Source: Candidatus Methylomirabilota bacterium (GTDB lineage Bacteria; Methylomirabilota; Methylomirabilia; Methylomirabilales; JACPAU01). From it: a DNA stretch of 64,000 nt. Each line of letters opens with the position of its first letter. The first letter of the stretch is position 1. The notes beneath the pieces were generated by a model that did not search any database, was not told the origin of the DNA, and saw only the letters and a program-made list of their open reading frames with translations. The stretch lies in contig JAKEHP010000027.1 of NCBI GenBank assembly GCA_022614955.1, positions 16,555-80,554 on the forward strand. The letters run 5' to 3'. Positions 43,466 to 53,318 of this stretch are shown piece by piece. The translations under genes were made by a program, and so were the position numbers.

Positions 43466-44396
43466 CAGACGGGCCAGCGTGGCTGTGGTGGCGGTGGCCC
43501 TCCTCCTGGCGTGGCCAGCCGGTGTGCTGGCGCAGTGCTGGGGACAGGAGGCGGCCAAGGAGAGGTTCGCCAATCCCCGTCTTCTGGCGGAGACGAAAGA
43601 AGTCGCCGACCATGTGGGGGACCTCCAGCAGCGGCTGGTGGACCTCCGGCTCAAGGCCGACCCGGAGGGCCGGGAGGCATACCGGAAGGGGCACGTCCCC
43701 GGAGCCGTCTATGTGGCCTGGCGGGAGCTGGACGATGTCCCGTCCAACCGGCAGGGCTTCCCGATGCCGCCGGCGAAGGCCGAGGCTCTCTTCAGCCGGC
43801 TCGGGATTGATGGCTCGGTACACGTGGTCGCCTACGATGATGCCGGCGGGCTTTTGGCGGCCCGGCTCGTCTACGTCCTGGACTTCTTCGGCCACACCAA
43901 GGCCTCCGTCCTGAACGGCGGCCTCACGAAGTGGACGAAGGAGGGACGGGCGCTCACGACCGACGAGCCCAAGGTGGCTCCCCGGAAATTCGTGGCCAGG
44001 CCGAACCCGGACCTGATCGTGACGGCCGACTGGCTGAAGAAGAACCTGAAGGAAAAATCGTTTGCCCTGGTGGACTCCCGGAGCACGGCGGAGTACGCGG
44101 GCACGAACGAGGACCCCGACATCAAGGCCAAGGGGCATATCCCGGGGGCGGCGCACCTCGACTGGGCGAGCACGATCACCGAGGAGAAGACCTTCAAGTC
44201 GCCGGAGGAACTGAAGAAGCTCTTCGCCGGGGCCGGGGCCAAGCCCGGGACGCCCGTCATCACCTACTGCCGGACCGGCGTGCGGTCGGCCCATAACTGG
44301 TTCGTGGCCAAGCTCCTGGGCTACGCCGACGTGAAGAATTACGACGGCTCCTGGATTGACTGGGGCAACGACCCCACGGCACCCGTGGAGCGGTAG
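43449..44396 (+). CDS. exported two-domain rhodanese (thiosulfate sulfurtransferase)
   Basis: Signal peptide MRSERSRRASVAVVAVALLLAWPAGVLAQ. Active-site loop YCRTGVRSAH. C-terminal DGSWIDWG. Confidence 0.85.
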   Translation: MRSERSRRASVAVVAVALLLAWPAGVLAQCWGQEAAKERFANPRLLAETKEVADHVGDLQQRLVDLRLKADPEGREAYRKGHVPGAVYVAWRELDDVPSNRQGFPMPPAKAEALFSRLGIDGSVHVVAYDDAGGLLAARLVYVLDFFGHTKASVLNGGLTKWTKEGRALTTDEPKVAPRKFVARPNPDLIVTADWLKKNLKEKSFALVDSRSTAEYAGTNEDPDIKAKGHIPGAAHLDWASTITEEKTFKSPEELKKLFAGAGAKPGTPVITYCRTGVRSAHNWFVAKLLGYADVKNYDGSWIDWGNDPTAPVER

Positions 44397-44406
44397 GGGG
44401 GGCTGC

Positions 44407-44655
44407 ATGACGGAGAAGGCCGAGACGGCCCCTGCCACGGTACTGGATACCCGGGGAGAGATTTGCCCGTACCCGCTCATCATGGCCCAACGGGCCATGA
44501 CGGCGCGGGCTCCGGGAGAGCGGCTACGGGTGCTGGTGGACTACCCGATGTCGGTGGAGGACATCCCCCGCTGGGCGGAGGGAGCTGGGCACCGGGTGCT
44601 CCGGGTCGAAAAAACGGGAAATGCGCTGTGGGAGATCGAGATCGAGAAGCGGTGA
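44407..44655 (+). CDS. TusA/SirA-family sulfur carrier
   Basis: LDTRGEICPYPL (CPxP motif); 82 aa. Confidence 0.8.
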   Translation: MTEKAETAPATVLDTRGEICPYPLIMAQRAMTARAPGERLRVLVDYPMSVEDIPRWAEGAGHRVLRVEKTGNALWEIEIEKR

Positions 44656-44681
44656 ATGGGTCGGTGAAATGGGGAGGGCCT

Positions 44682-45719
44682 ATGCGCGCGCCAATGACGA
44701 GCCAGGGATGGGCAGCGATGTTCCTCGGGGTGCTTGTGGTGACGGCCGGCTGCGGGACGCTGGCCGGGGCGGGAGGCTCCGGCTACGAGGTCTGGGTGGC
44801 GAACCAGGCGATCAACAAGGTCCAGATCCTGGACGGGAAGACCCTCGAAGTCATCGCCGAGGTCCCTGCCGGGACAAAGCCGCACAACGTGACCTTCACC
44901 GCCGATGGGAAATCCGCCTGGGTGGCCAACGTCGGCTCCAGCAATGTGACGGTCATTGACACGGCGAGCCGGAAGACGGTGGCAATTATCCCAGCCGGGA
45001 AGACCGCCCACGCCGTCACCTTCTCGCCGGACGGGAAGCGGGCCTACGTGGCCAATCCGGGGGATGGGACGGTCAGTGTTGTTGACGCCCTCAAGCACGA
45101 CCTGGTTAAGACCATCTCGGTCGGCAAGGCCCCGGCCCTGGTCGTCTTCTCCCAGGACGGCAAGAAGGCATACGTCTCCAACGGCGGGGATGCGACGCTC
45201 TCCGTGATTAATACGGCCACGCTCGAGGTGACCAAGACGGTCCCGAACGTCGGCAAGGGGGCGATGGGGATGGTCCGCAGCACCGATGGGGGGCGTCTCG
45301 TCGTCACCGGGGGTGGGGAGAACAAGGTCTCCATCGTGGACACCCGAGAGGACGCGGTGATCAAGGATCTGGTTCACGGGAAGGAGGCCCACGGGATAGC
45401 CCTCACGGCCGACGGGAGGCAGGCGTGGGTCCCGAACCGCCAGTCCGGGGACATCTCCATCATTGACGTGGCGACCGGCGGTCTCGTCGCCACGATCCCG
45501 AACGTGGGGGACAAGACGGACATCATCGCCTTCTCCCCGGACGGGACGCGCGCCTTCGTCACGACGCGCGGGCAGGCGCAGACCGGCGATCCCCAGCTTG
45601 TCACCGGGAAGGAGCCGGGCATTTCCGTCATTGACGTCGCCTCGCGCAGCGTGATCAAGAAGGTGCCCCTGGTAGGCGGCGATCCCCACGGGGTGGCAAC
45701 CCGTCGCGTGGGCCCGTAG
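44682..45719 (+). CDS. YVTN-type beta-propeller repeat lipoprotein
   Basis: Lipobox LVVTAGC. Seven or so repeats of the P..VTFSPDGK.AYVAN...VSVID type. Confidence 0.8.
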   Translation: MRAPMTSQGWAAMFLGVLVVTAGCGTLAGAGGSGYEVWVANQAINKVQILDGKTLEVIAEVPAGTKPHNVTFTADGKSAWVANVGSSNVTVIDTASRKTVAIIPAGKTAHAVTFSPDGKRAYVANPGDGTVSVVDALKHDLVKTISVGKAPALVVFSQDGKKAYVSNGGDATLSVINTATLEVTKTVPNVGKGAMGMVRSTDGGRLVVTGGGENKVSIVDTREDAVIKDLVHGKEAHGIALTADGRQAWVPNRQSGDISIIDVATGGLVATIPNVGDKTDIIAFSPDGTRAFVTTRGQAQTGDPQLVTGKEPGISVIDVASRSVIKKVPLVGGDPHGVATRRVGP

Positions 45720-45764
45720 GTGGCGTTGCCCGAGCGGGAGCCCCCGGGTCCTGAGGAGTGCGGG

Positions 45765-46007
45765 ATGTGCGAGTCCGTGCAAGTGGACGGGGAGCTGAAC
45801 CTCCGGGGGGAGGTCTGCCCCTACACCTTTGTCAAGTCGAAGCTGGCCCTGGAGGACCTGGAGCCGGGCAAGGTCCTCCGGGTGATCGTGGACAACCCCG
45901 AGTCGGCGGAGAACGTCCCGGCGAGCCTGGTCAGCGAGGGGAACGAGGTGTTAGCCGTGGGCCCGCTCGGGGGGGAGGCCTGGAGCATCCTGGTCAAGAA
46001 GCGCTGA
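45765..46007 (+). CDS. TusA/SirA-family sulfur carrier (second copy)
   Basis: LNLRGEVCPYTF motif; 80 aa; GAGGAG RBS. Confidence 0.8.
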   Translation: MCESVQVDGELNLRGEVCPYTFVKSKLALEDLEPGKVLRVIVDNPESAENVPASLVSEGNEVLAVGPLGGEAWSILVKKR

Positions 46008-46106
46008 GGGCGGAAAATGGAATCCGGTTGACTTCTGGAAGTCGCTGCGCTACGTGTCAGCGTCGCACCCTTCTTGGGGCGCGCCGGGATAATGAGGAGC
46101 GGCAGG

Positions 46107-46391
46107 ATGGCGACCATTGAGGTCCACGTCCCTCAGATTTTGCGGAAGCACACGGCCGGCGCCAAGACCCTGAGGGCGTCCGGGCGGACCGTCCGGGAGG
46201 CGCTGGAGGACCTGGAGCGGCAGCATCCGGGCTTCCGGGAGCGGGTGCTGGAGGACGGCGGCCGTCTGCACCGCTTCGTGAACATCTACGTGAACGACGA
46301 GGACGTCCGCTTCATCCAGGCCCTGGACACGCCGCTGAAGGATGGGGACGTTCTCTCCATCCTGCCGGCCGTGGCTGGCGGATGGGCCTGA
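46107..46391 (+). CDS. MoaD/ThiS/CysO-like ubiquitin-fold sulfur carrier (ends ...AVAGG-WA)
   Basis: 94 aa, paralogous to the N-domain of the 40384 fusion and to 62370..62711. Directly upstream of a CysM-like gene. Confidence 0.8.
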   Translation: MATIEVHVPQILRKHTAGAKTLRASGRTVREALEDLERQHPGFRERVLEDGGRLHRFVNIYVNDEDVRFIQALDTPLKDGDVLSILPAVAGGWA

Positions 46392-46437
46392 GCAGCGCCG
46401 GCCGGCCGGGCGGAAGCCCCTCCGGCGCGGGGGAGTA

Positions 46438-47373
46438 ATGTCCGAGCGGGACATCGTCAGTGCCATCGGGAACACGCCTCTGGTGGAGCTCCCGCGGATG
46501 AGCCCGAAGCCATCCGTCCGGATTTTCGCCAAGCTGGAGGGGCACAATCCCACCGGGAGCCTGAAGGACCGGATCGCCAAGTACATGATCGAGGAAGCAG
46601 AGCGGACCGAGGGTCTGACACCGGCGAAGACGCTCCTCGAGCCGACCAGCGGGAACACCGGGATCGCCCTGGCGATGATCGGGCGGCTGAAGGGCTACAA
46701 GGTCCGGGTGGTCACGCCCGAGAATATCACCGAGGAGCGGAAGCAGCTCCTCGCCCTCTACGGGGCCGAGATGATCTTCTCGGAGGCAAAGCGGGGGACG
46801 AACGGCTCGATCGAAATGGCCAAAGCGCTGGCCGCCGCGGACGCGACGTACCATCTCCTCTACCAGTATGGCAATCAGGCGAACCCGAAGGCGCACTATG
46901 AGACCACCGGTGCGGAGATCCTCCGCGACATGCCGGAGGTGGACGTGCTCGTAGCGGGCCTGGGCACCGGCGGGACCCTGATGGGGGTCGGCCGGCGACT
47001 CCGGGAGGCAAACCCGCGGGTAAAGATCATCGCCACGGAGCCGCACCCCGGAGACACGGTCCAGGGACTTCGGAGCCTGGACGAGGGGTTCATCCCGCCG
47101 ATCCTCGACCAGAGCCTGCTCGACGGAAAGATCATAGTGGACTCCCGGACAGCCTTCACCATGACCAAGGAGCTGACCCTAAAAGAGGCGATCTTTGCGG
47201 GGGTCTCCTCAGGGGCCGTGCTCTATGGCGCGATCCGGACGGCCCTCAAGATGGACCGGGGCACCATCGTGTGCGTGTTCTGCGATGGGGGGTGGAAGTA
47301 CATGAGCCTCGGCATCTGGCAGAAGGAGGTCGCGGAGTACGAGGAGGGGGTCCAGGCTCATGTGTGGTGGTAG
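46438..47373 (+). CDS. cysM: cysteine synthase B-like (CysM-type; likely carrier-thiocarboxylate dependent)
   Basis: IGNTPLV, TGSLKDR, TSGNTGIALA, GLGTGGTLMG. Gene order carrier-then-CysM as in CysO/CysM systems. Confidence 0.85.
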   Translation: MSERDIVSAIGNTPLVELPRMSPKPSVRIFAKLEGHNPTGSLKDRIAKYMIEEAERTEGLTPAKTLLEPTSGNTGIALAMIGRLKGYKVRVVTPENITEERKQLLALYGAEMIFSEAKRGTNGSIEMAKALAAADATYHLLYQYGNQANPKAHYETTGAEILRDMPEVDVLVAGLGTGGTLMGVGRRLREANPRVKIIATEPHPGDTVQGLRSLDEGFIPPILDQSLLDGKIIVDSRTAFTMTKELTLKEAIFAGVSSGAVLYGAIRTALKMDRGTIVCVFCDGGWKYMSLGIWQKEVAEYEEGVQAHVWW

Positions 47374-47502
47374 GCGGGAGCCTCGGAGGGGATCAGTGGG
47401 GAGGCGCCCGGTGGTTTGGACGGGGCAGGGTGCAGCGTTAAGGGATTTTTTTGTGGGGCAATGTTGAGTACTCCGATTGACATTCTCAAGAGGAGGTCCA
47501 GG

Positions 47503-48576
47503 ATGAGACAGCACCGGAGAACGTCAGCGGTCCTGGCGGTTTGCATCCTTCTTCTGGGTCTGGCCGGCCCGTCGGCCCCTGCGGCGGCGGCCGAGAAAGA
47601 CAAGATCTCCGTCGGCGTCGCGCTTCCTCCGCACGCCGCCAGCGGTCACGGCCACCACAAGTTAGACCTGGCCTTCTGCAGCCAACTGCTCTGCGTCATC
47701 CCCTTCGAGGTGGCCCGGGCAAAGGGCTTCTTTGCCGAGGAGGGGCTGGACGTCCAGCTCATCTACATGAAGGGGGGTCCGCCGGCGGTGGGGGCCCTGC
47801 AGGCCAAGAGCGTGGACTTTATCGGGACGACGATGGATCTGGTCGTCAAGAGCACCGCGGGGGGGAAGCCGATCGTGATGGTGGCCTCGACCGCCCGCCT
47901 GCCCTTCTTCGCCCTGGTGGTCGCGCCGGGGGAGGCTGGCCGGATCACCGGCCCGGAGCACCTGGTCGGGAAGAAGGTCGGCGTGGGAAACCTGGGAGCA
48001 ACGGATCACCTCCTGGTGCAGCTCCTTCTCCGGAAAAGCGGGATCGATCCGGAGAAGGTCTCCTTCGTCTCCCTAGGCCCGAACATCCTTCAGACGCTCC
48101 TGGTCGGACAGGTTGAGGCCGCCATGGTTCAGGAGCCGGCCCTCACCCTGGCGTCCCGGAAGGGCGCACGCATCCTGGTGAACTTCATGGACCAGCACCA
48201 GGCGCAGACCGTCCTCGGGGGCCAGTACCAGTTCATGGGACTCATCACCCGCCCGGACGTTATCGCCGGCAACCCATCCCTCGTCCAGCGGATGAGCAAC
48301 GCGATCGTGAAAGCCAATCGCTTTATCAGTAAGGAGCCGGGTCCCACCATCGCGGGGTTGATCCCCGAGTCCCTCCTGGTGGGGGGCGACCCGGCCCTGC
48401 TGGGCGAGATCCTGGACCAGTTCAAGGGGCACCTCTACCCCGCGGACGGGAGGATCCAGTCGGAAGACGTGACCCGGGTCATCGAGGCCCAGCGGAGCTC
48501 CGGGCTGCTGCCGGCGGCGGGCGGGCCCGATCTCTCCCTGCTCTTCACCAACGAGTTCGTCGAACGGAGCCGATGA
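47503..48576 (+). CDS. ABC transporter substrate-binding protein (NitT/TauT, NMT1-like)
   Basis: Signal peptide, then an SsuA/NMT1-like fold pattern. Adjacent to the cognate ATPase and permease. Confidence 0.75.
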   Translation: MRQHRRTSAVLAVCILLLGLAGPSAPAAAAEKDKISVGVALPPHAASGHGHHKLDLAFCSQLLCVIPFEVARAKGFFAEEGLDVQLIYMKGGPPAVGALQAKSVDFIGTTMDLVVKSTAGGKPIVMVASTARLPFFALVVAPGEAGRITGPEHLVGKKVGVGNLGATDHLLVQLLLRKSGIDPEKVSFVSLGPNILQTLLVGQVEAAMVQEPALTLASRKGARILVNFMDQHQAQTVLGGQYQFMGLITRPDVIAGNPSLVQRMSNAIVKANRFISKEPGPTIAGLIPESLLVGGDPALLGEILDQFKGHLYPADGRIQSEDVTRVIEAQRSSGLLPAAGGPDLSLLFTNEFVERSR

Positions 48577-49385
48577 CAGCGGTCTCTCTACAGCGGGTCT
48601 CCAAGGTCTTCCCCGGGACGGATGGTTCTCCCTTCCCGGTCCTGGAGGAGACCAGCCTCGAGGTCCCATCCGGGAGCTTCACCGCCATCGTGGGGCCCAG
48701 CGGGTGCGGAAAGTCCACCCTGCTGCGGCTGGTGGCGGGCCTGGCCCCGGTCTCGGCCGGGACGGTCACCATCAACGGGGCACTCGTCCGCGGGGTCCAG
48801 AACACGATCGGGTTTCTCTTTCAACACGATGCTCTGCTGCCCTGGAAGACGACCTTCGACAGCGTGGCCCTGGGGCTGCGGTTCCGTGGGGTCCGGGAGG
48901 AGGAGGTGCGGGAGCGCTGCCAGGACTGGATCGCCCGGGTCGGGCTGAAGGGCTTCGAGCGCCACTACCCCGCGCAGCTCTCCGGGGGCATGCGGAAGCG
49001 GGCCGCCCTGGCGCAGATGCTGGTGTGCGACCCGGACCTTCTGCTCATGGACGAGCCCTTCGCCTCCCTCGACGCGCAAACCCGGGTCCTCCTCCAGCAG
49101 GACCTCCTCCTGCTGTGCGGCGGCGGGACCAAGACCATCCTCTTCGTCACCCACGACCTGGAGGAGGCCGTGGCCCTAGCGGACACCATCGTGGTGATGC
49201 GGGCAGGCCCCCGGAGCGGCGTGAAGGCGACGTACCCCACGGGCCTACCGCGGCCCCGGGATGTGCTGCAGGTCAAGAGTCACCCCCGCTTCGCGGCGCT
49301 CTGCCGGATGGTGTGGCGCGACCTGGCTGAGGAGGTCACGAAGATCTATGGGGACCGAGACGCTATCCCATCCTGGAACATCTAG
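48573..49385 (+). CDS. ABC transporter ATP-binding protein (NitT/TauT family)
   Basis: Walker A GPSGCGKST, signature LSGGMRKR, Walker B LLLMDEPF. Confidence 0.9.
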   Translation: MTAVSLQRVSKVFPGTDGSPFPVLEETSLEVPSGSFTAIVGPSGCGKSTLLRLVAGLAPVSAGTVTINGALVRGVQNTIGFLFQHDALLPWKTTFDSVALGLRFRGVREEEVRERCQDWIARVGLKGFERHYPAQLSGGMRKRAALAQMLVCDPDLLLMDEPFASLDAQTRVLLQQDLLLLCGGGTKTILFVTHDLEEAVALADTIVVMRAGPRSGVKATYPTGLPRPRDVLQVKSHPRFAALCRMVWRDLAEEVTKIYGDRDAIPSWNI

Positions 49386-50151
49386 GGCTCCGTCGGCCCG
49401 GCTCCTGGCTGCCCTGCGCCTCCTCCTGGCCATGGCCGCCCTGGGTCTTTGGGAGGTGAGCGCCCGTCAGGGGTGGGTGGACCGCTTTTTCTTCAGCGCT
49501 CCCTCCGATGTGGGCCGGACCCTCTGGACCCTGGTGGCCACCCAAGCCCTGTACCCGCACCTCCTGACCACGATCCAGGAGGCCCTCAGCGGGCTCATCC
49601 TGGGCTTCATCGCGGGAGCCGCCCTCGGCTGGGGGCTCGCCCAGCACCGGCTCCTAGGAGAGCTCATCGAGCCGGTCATGGTCCTCCTCAATGCTATCCC
49701 CCGGATCATCCTGGCCCCCCTCTTCATCATGTGGTTCGGCATCGGGGTGGGCTCGAAGGTGGCCCTCAGTTTCGTCCTGGTCTTTGTCGTGGTTTTCTTC
49801 GCGGTGTACAGCGGCATCCGGGAGGTGGATGGCCGTCTCGTGGACGGGGTGCTGATCCTCGGCGCGACCCGGCGGGACCTCCTGGTCCATGTCCATATCC
49901 CGGCCATTGCCGCCTGGGTCTTCGGCAGCCTGCGGGTGACGGTCGGCTTTGCCTTCACCGGTGCGGTGGTCGGGGAGTTCATCGCCGCGAGCCGGGGGTT
50001 GGGCTACCTCCTGAACTTTGCGCAGAACACCTTCAACGCCAGCCTGATGATGGCGAGCCTGGTTATCATCGTGGGATTCATTCTGCTGATTTTCAGTGGC
50101 CTCAAGGTGGTGGAGGAGAAGCTCACACCCTGGAAGGTCCCGGCGACGTAG
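49348..50151 (+). CDS. ABC transporter permease (NitT/TauT family)
   Basis: 6 TM with an EAA-like loop (GATRRDLLVHVHIPA). Start uncertain (49348 or 49432). Confidence 0.8.
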   Translation: MGTETLSHPGTSRAPSARLLAALRLLLAMAALGLWEVSARQGWVDRFFFSAPSDVGRTLWTLVATQALYPHLLTTIQEALSGLILGFIAGAALGWGLAQHRLLGELIEPVMVLLNAIPRIILAPLFIMWFGIGVGSKVALSFVLVFVVVFFAVYSGIREVDGRLVDGVLILGATRRDLLVHVHIPAIAAWVFGSLRVTVGFAFTGAVVGEFIAASRGLGYLLNFAQNTFNASLMMASLVIIVGFILLIFSGLKVVEEKLTPWKVPAT

Positions 50152-50259
50152 GCGCTGTCATGCCCCTCATCATCGGATCGTCTTCGGACCCCTGGAACCC
50201 CGGCGTTTGCCATTCGGCTGCCCACGCGGGCGCGGCCTCCAGGGGGAGAGGAGAGGAGC

Positions 50260-51963
50260 ATGAGCGAGCAGACTAAGGAAACCAAGGCGCAGCGCGTGGA
50301 GCGCCTCAAGCGGGAGAAGAATCCCTGGGAGTGCCTGGAGGAGATCCAGCGGTTCGCCCGCGAAGGCCACGAGTCCATCCCGCCGGAGTGGTTGGGCACC
50401 TACTTCCGGTGGTGGGGGGTCTATACGCAGGGCGACGGTATCGGCGCGGTGGGGGGCAAGGGGGGCGAAGGGAAGGCGGTCCCCTACTTCATGGTGCGCA
50501 TCCGCATCCCCAACGGCTTCCTCCTCTCCCACCAGCTCCGCACCATCGCGGACGTGACCGCCAAATACGCCAGGGGAATCGGCGACATCAGCGTCCGCCA
50601 GAACATCCAGCTCCACTGGGTCACCATTGAAGATTTGCCCATGATCCTCGCCAGCCTCTGGCGGTGTGGGCTCACGAGCATGGGCTCCTGCGGGGACGAC
50701 ACCCGCAACATCACCGGCTGCCCCCTGGCCGGGGTGGATCCCGACGAGATCGTGGATGCTTCCCCCCTCAACCACGCCGCGACCCGGATGCTGAACGGGA
50801 ACCCGGCATTCTACAACCTGCCCCGCAAGTACAAGATCTGCATCACCGGCTGCCGGGTCTGGTGCTCCTACCCGGAGATCAATGACGTTGGCCTGACCGC
50901 CATCACCCGGACCCAGAACGGGGAGCCGGAGGTCGGCTTTTCGGTCCGCGTCGGCGGGGGGCTCTCCACGGACCCGCATCTGGGGGTGCGCCTTAACGCC
51001 TTCGTGCGCTGGAACCAGGTCCTCCCCGTCGTCCGGGGCATCACGGAGATCTTCCGAGACTCCGATGTCCTGCGGCAGAACCGCGAGCGGGCGCGCCTCA
51101 AGTTCCTGTTCAAGCGCGAGGGCTGGACGGCGGAGCGCTTCCAGAAGGAGCTGGAGGAGCGGATCGGCTTCCCCCTCGACCCCGCCGCGCCCGAGGAGCC
51201 GCCGGATGACGTCTACCGCGACCATGTCGGCATCCACCCGCAGCGCCAGGAGGGCTACTCCTACGCGGGCATCGCGGTGATGCGCGGGCGGATCACCGCG
51301 GAGCAGATGGCCCGCGTTGCCGACCTCGCTGACCGATATGGGACCGGTGAACTGCGGACGACCACCATGCAGAACCTCCTCATCCTCAACATCCCGACGC
51401 GTCACGTGGACGCGCTCTCCAAAGACATCGAGGCTGCCGGGTTGCGTCTGGCCGCCTCCCCCTTCTGGCGGGGGGCTGTCGCCTGCACCGGGACCGAGTT
51501 CTGCAAGCTGGCCATCACTGAGACCAAGAGCTATGCCCGCTGGCTGGTTGAAGAGCTGGAAGAACGCCTGCCCGGCTTCGCGCAGCACCTCAAGATTCAC
51601 ATCACCGGGTGCCCGAATAGCTGCGGGCAGCACTGGATCGCGGACCTGGGGATCGAGGGCAAAAAGATGAAGGTGGACGGGAAGCTGGTGGAGGCTTATT
51701 ACTTCTGCGTGGGCGGAGCGGTCGGGAAGCATCAGGCCATCGCCCGCCCCGTCGGGTACCGCTGCCCCGCGACCGACGTGCCCGAGGCCATTGCGCGGCT
51801 GCTCGGAGGCTACCTCCGGGACCGGGCGGATGGCGAGAGCTTTCGCCAGTTCTCCGCCCGCCACAGCGAAGAGGCGTTGCGGGCCCTCTTGGCGGGGGCC
51901 GAGGTCGCCCCAGTGGCGCGGGACCCCTCCCCGGGCAGGTCGCCTCATGGCATCGAGGGGTAA
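50260..51963 (+). CDS. sir: ferredoxin-dependent assimilatory sulfite reductase (siroheme/[4Fe-4S])
   Basis: Two NIR_SIR repeats. Cluster/siroheme Cys motifs CTGTEFCKLA and TGCPNSCGQH. Confidence 0.9.
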   Translation: MSEQTKETKAQRVERLKREKNPWECLEEIQRFAREGHESIPPEWLGTYFRWWGVYTQGDGIGAVGGKGGEGKAVPYFMVRIRIPNGFLLSHQLRTIADVTAKYARGIGDISVRQNIQLHWVTIEDLPMILASLWRCGLTSMGSCGDDTRNITGCPLAGVDPDEIVDASPLNHAATRMLNGNPAFYNLPRKYKICITGCRVWCSYPEINDVGLTAITRTQNGEPEVGFSVRVGGGLSTDPHLGVRLNAFVRWNQVLPVVRGITEIFRDSDVLRQNRERARLKFLFKREGWTAERFQKELEERIGFPLDPAAPEEPPDDVYRDHVGIHPQRQEGYSYAGIAVMRGRITAEQMARVADLADRYGTGELRTTTMQNLLILNIPTRHVDALSKDIEAAGLRLAASPFWRGAVACTGTEFCKLAITETKSYARWLVEELEERLPGFAQHLKIHITGCPNSCGQHWIADLGIEGKKMKVDGKLVEAYYFCVGGAVGKHQAIARPVGYRCPATDVPEAIARLLGGYLRDRADGESFRQFSARHSEEALRALLAGAEVAPVARDPSPGRSPHGIEG

Positions 51964-52101
51964 AAACGGGAGAGGAAAGCGGGGCGTGAGCCTGCGGCTC
52001 CACGAGCGGCTGTGACCGCCCGGGCCGATGCGCTCCGGCGAGCCAAGGCGGAGGGAGCGCTGATCACCAAGCTGGGGGCAACCCCGTGAAAGGAGGAGGC
52101 G

Positions 52102-52944
52102 ATGGCAGCGTATGCAAATCCTGAGGTTCTGGTTTCGACGCAGTGGGCGGATGATCATCGAGGCGATCCGAAAGTCAGGATCGTCGAGGTGGATGTGGAC
52201 ACGAAGGCATACGAGGAGGGACATATCCCTGGAGCCATCGGGTGGTCCTGGAATACGCAACTGTGCGACACGGTCCAGCGGGACATCATTCCCAAGGGTC
52301 CCTTCGAGAAACTCATGGCCGCGTCTGGAATCGGCAACGCCACCACCGTGGTCCTCTATGGAGACAACAACAACTGGTTCGCCGCATGGGCCGTCTGGCA
52401 GATGAAGATCTACGGCCACGCGGATGTGCGCCTGATAAACGGGGGGCGCAAGAAGTGGATCGAGGAGAAGCGGGAGCTGACGAAGGACGTGCCCAAGCCG
52501 CCGACCAAGACCTACCGGGCGAAGGAAGCAGACTTCTCGATCCGATCCTTTCTCCCTGACGTCCAGAAGGCTGTGGCGCAGAAAAAGGTCGAGCTAGTTG
52601 ACGTGCGCAGCCTGCAGGAGTTCACGGGGGAACTGTTATCGCCGCCCGGCCTCCCCGAGACCTGCCAGCGGGGCGGACACATCCCCGGGGCGAAGAGCAT
52701 TACTTGGTCCAAAGCCTGCAACGAGGATGGGACCTTCAAGAGCCGCGACGACCTGGCCAAGCTCTACCGGGATGCGGGGATCACCGGGGCCAAGCCCGTC
52801 ATCGCCTACTGCCGGATCGGCGAGCGCTCCAGCCACTCTTGGTTCGTCCTGAAGTACCTGCTGGGATTCAAAGAGGTCAGGAACTACGACGGAAGCTGGA
52901 CGGAGTGGGGCAACCTGGTCGGAGCGCCGGTCGAAAAACCGTAA
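52102..52944 (+). CDS. cytoplasmic two-domain rhodanese (thiosulfate/3-mercaptopyruvate sulfurtransferase)
   Basis: Active-site loop YCRIGERSSH; DGSWTEWG. Confidence 0.9.
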   Translation: MAAYANPEVLVSTQWADDHRGDPKVRIVEVDVDTKAYEEGHIPGAIGWSWNTQLCDTVQRDIIPKGPFEKLMAASGIGNATTVVLYGDNNNWFAAWAVWQMKIYGHADVRLINGGRKKWIEEKRELTKDVPKPPTKTYRAKEADFSIRSFLPDVQKAVAQKKVELVDVRSLQEFTGELLSPPGLPETCQRGGHIPGAKSITWSKACNEDGTFKSRDDLAKLYRDAGITGAKPVIAYCRIGERSSHSWFVLKYLLGFKEVRNYDGSWTEWGNLVGAPVEKP

Positions 52945-53028
52945 CGGGGCAGTGCCTGGAGCCGGGCGCCGATGGGGGACACCGGACCGTCCGAAGCGGC
53001 CGGAGATGGGCATGCTGGGGAAACGCCG

Positions 53029-53247
53029 ATGAAGCCGGAAGAGTACTCGCGCAGACAGCAGGAGGTCGGCCGCTGGAAGATCAATATTATTAGCTTCAAG
53101 CTGGGCGACCGGTACTACTGCACGGTGGATAACGTGGAGCCGGGAGCCTGGCTTGCTCGGGCGGAGGGCGGGACGCGGGCGGAGGCGGAGAGGACCGCCA
53201 TCGAGAAGGCCACCGCGAAGCTCTCCCGAACCCGCGTCACGGGCTGA
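53029..53247 (+). CDS. small hypothetical protein
   Basis: 72 aa with non-repetitive composition (WKINIISFKLGDRYYCTVDNVEPGAW). No family recognised. Confidence 0.4.
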   Translation: MKPEEYSRRQQEVGRWKINIISFKLGDRYYCTVDNVEPGAWLARAEGGTRAEAERTAIEKATAKLSRTRVTG

Positions 53248-53318
53248 GGAGCCCTATGGTCGCCAGGCCATCGAGCCGGGGGGGCTCCCCGGGCCGGGGG
53301 GTAGCCCACAGAGAACGC

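Noticed and set aside
51964-52101. Possible small ORF (about 25 codons from GTG) in the 138-bp gap after the sulfite reductase.
   Set aside because: Very short, no RBS, Ala/Arg-rich composition typical of non-coding high-GC sequence.
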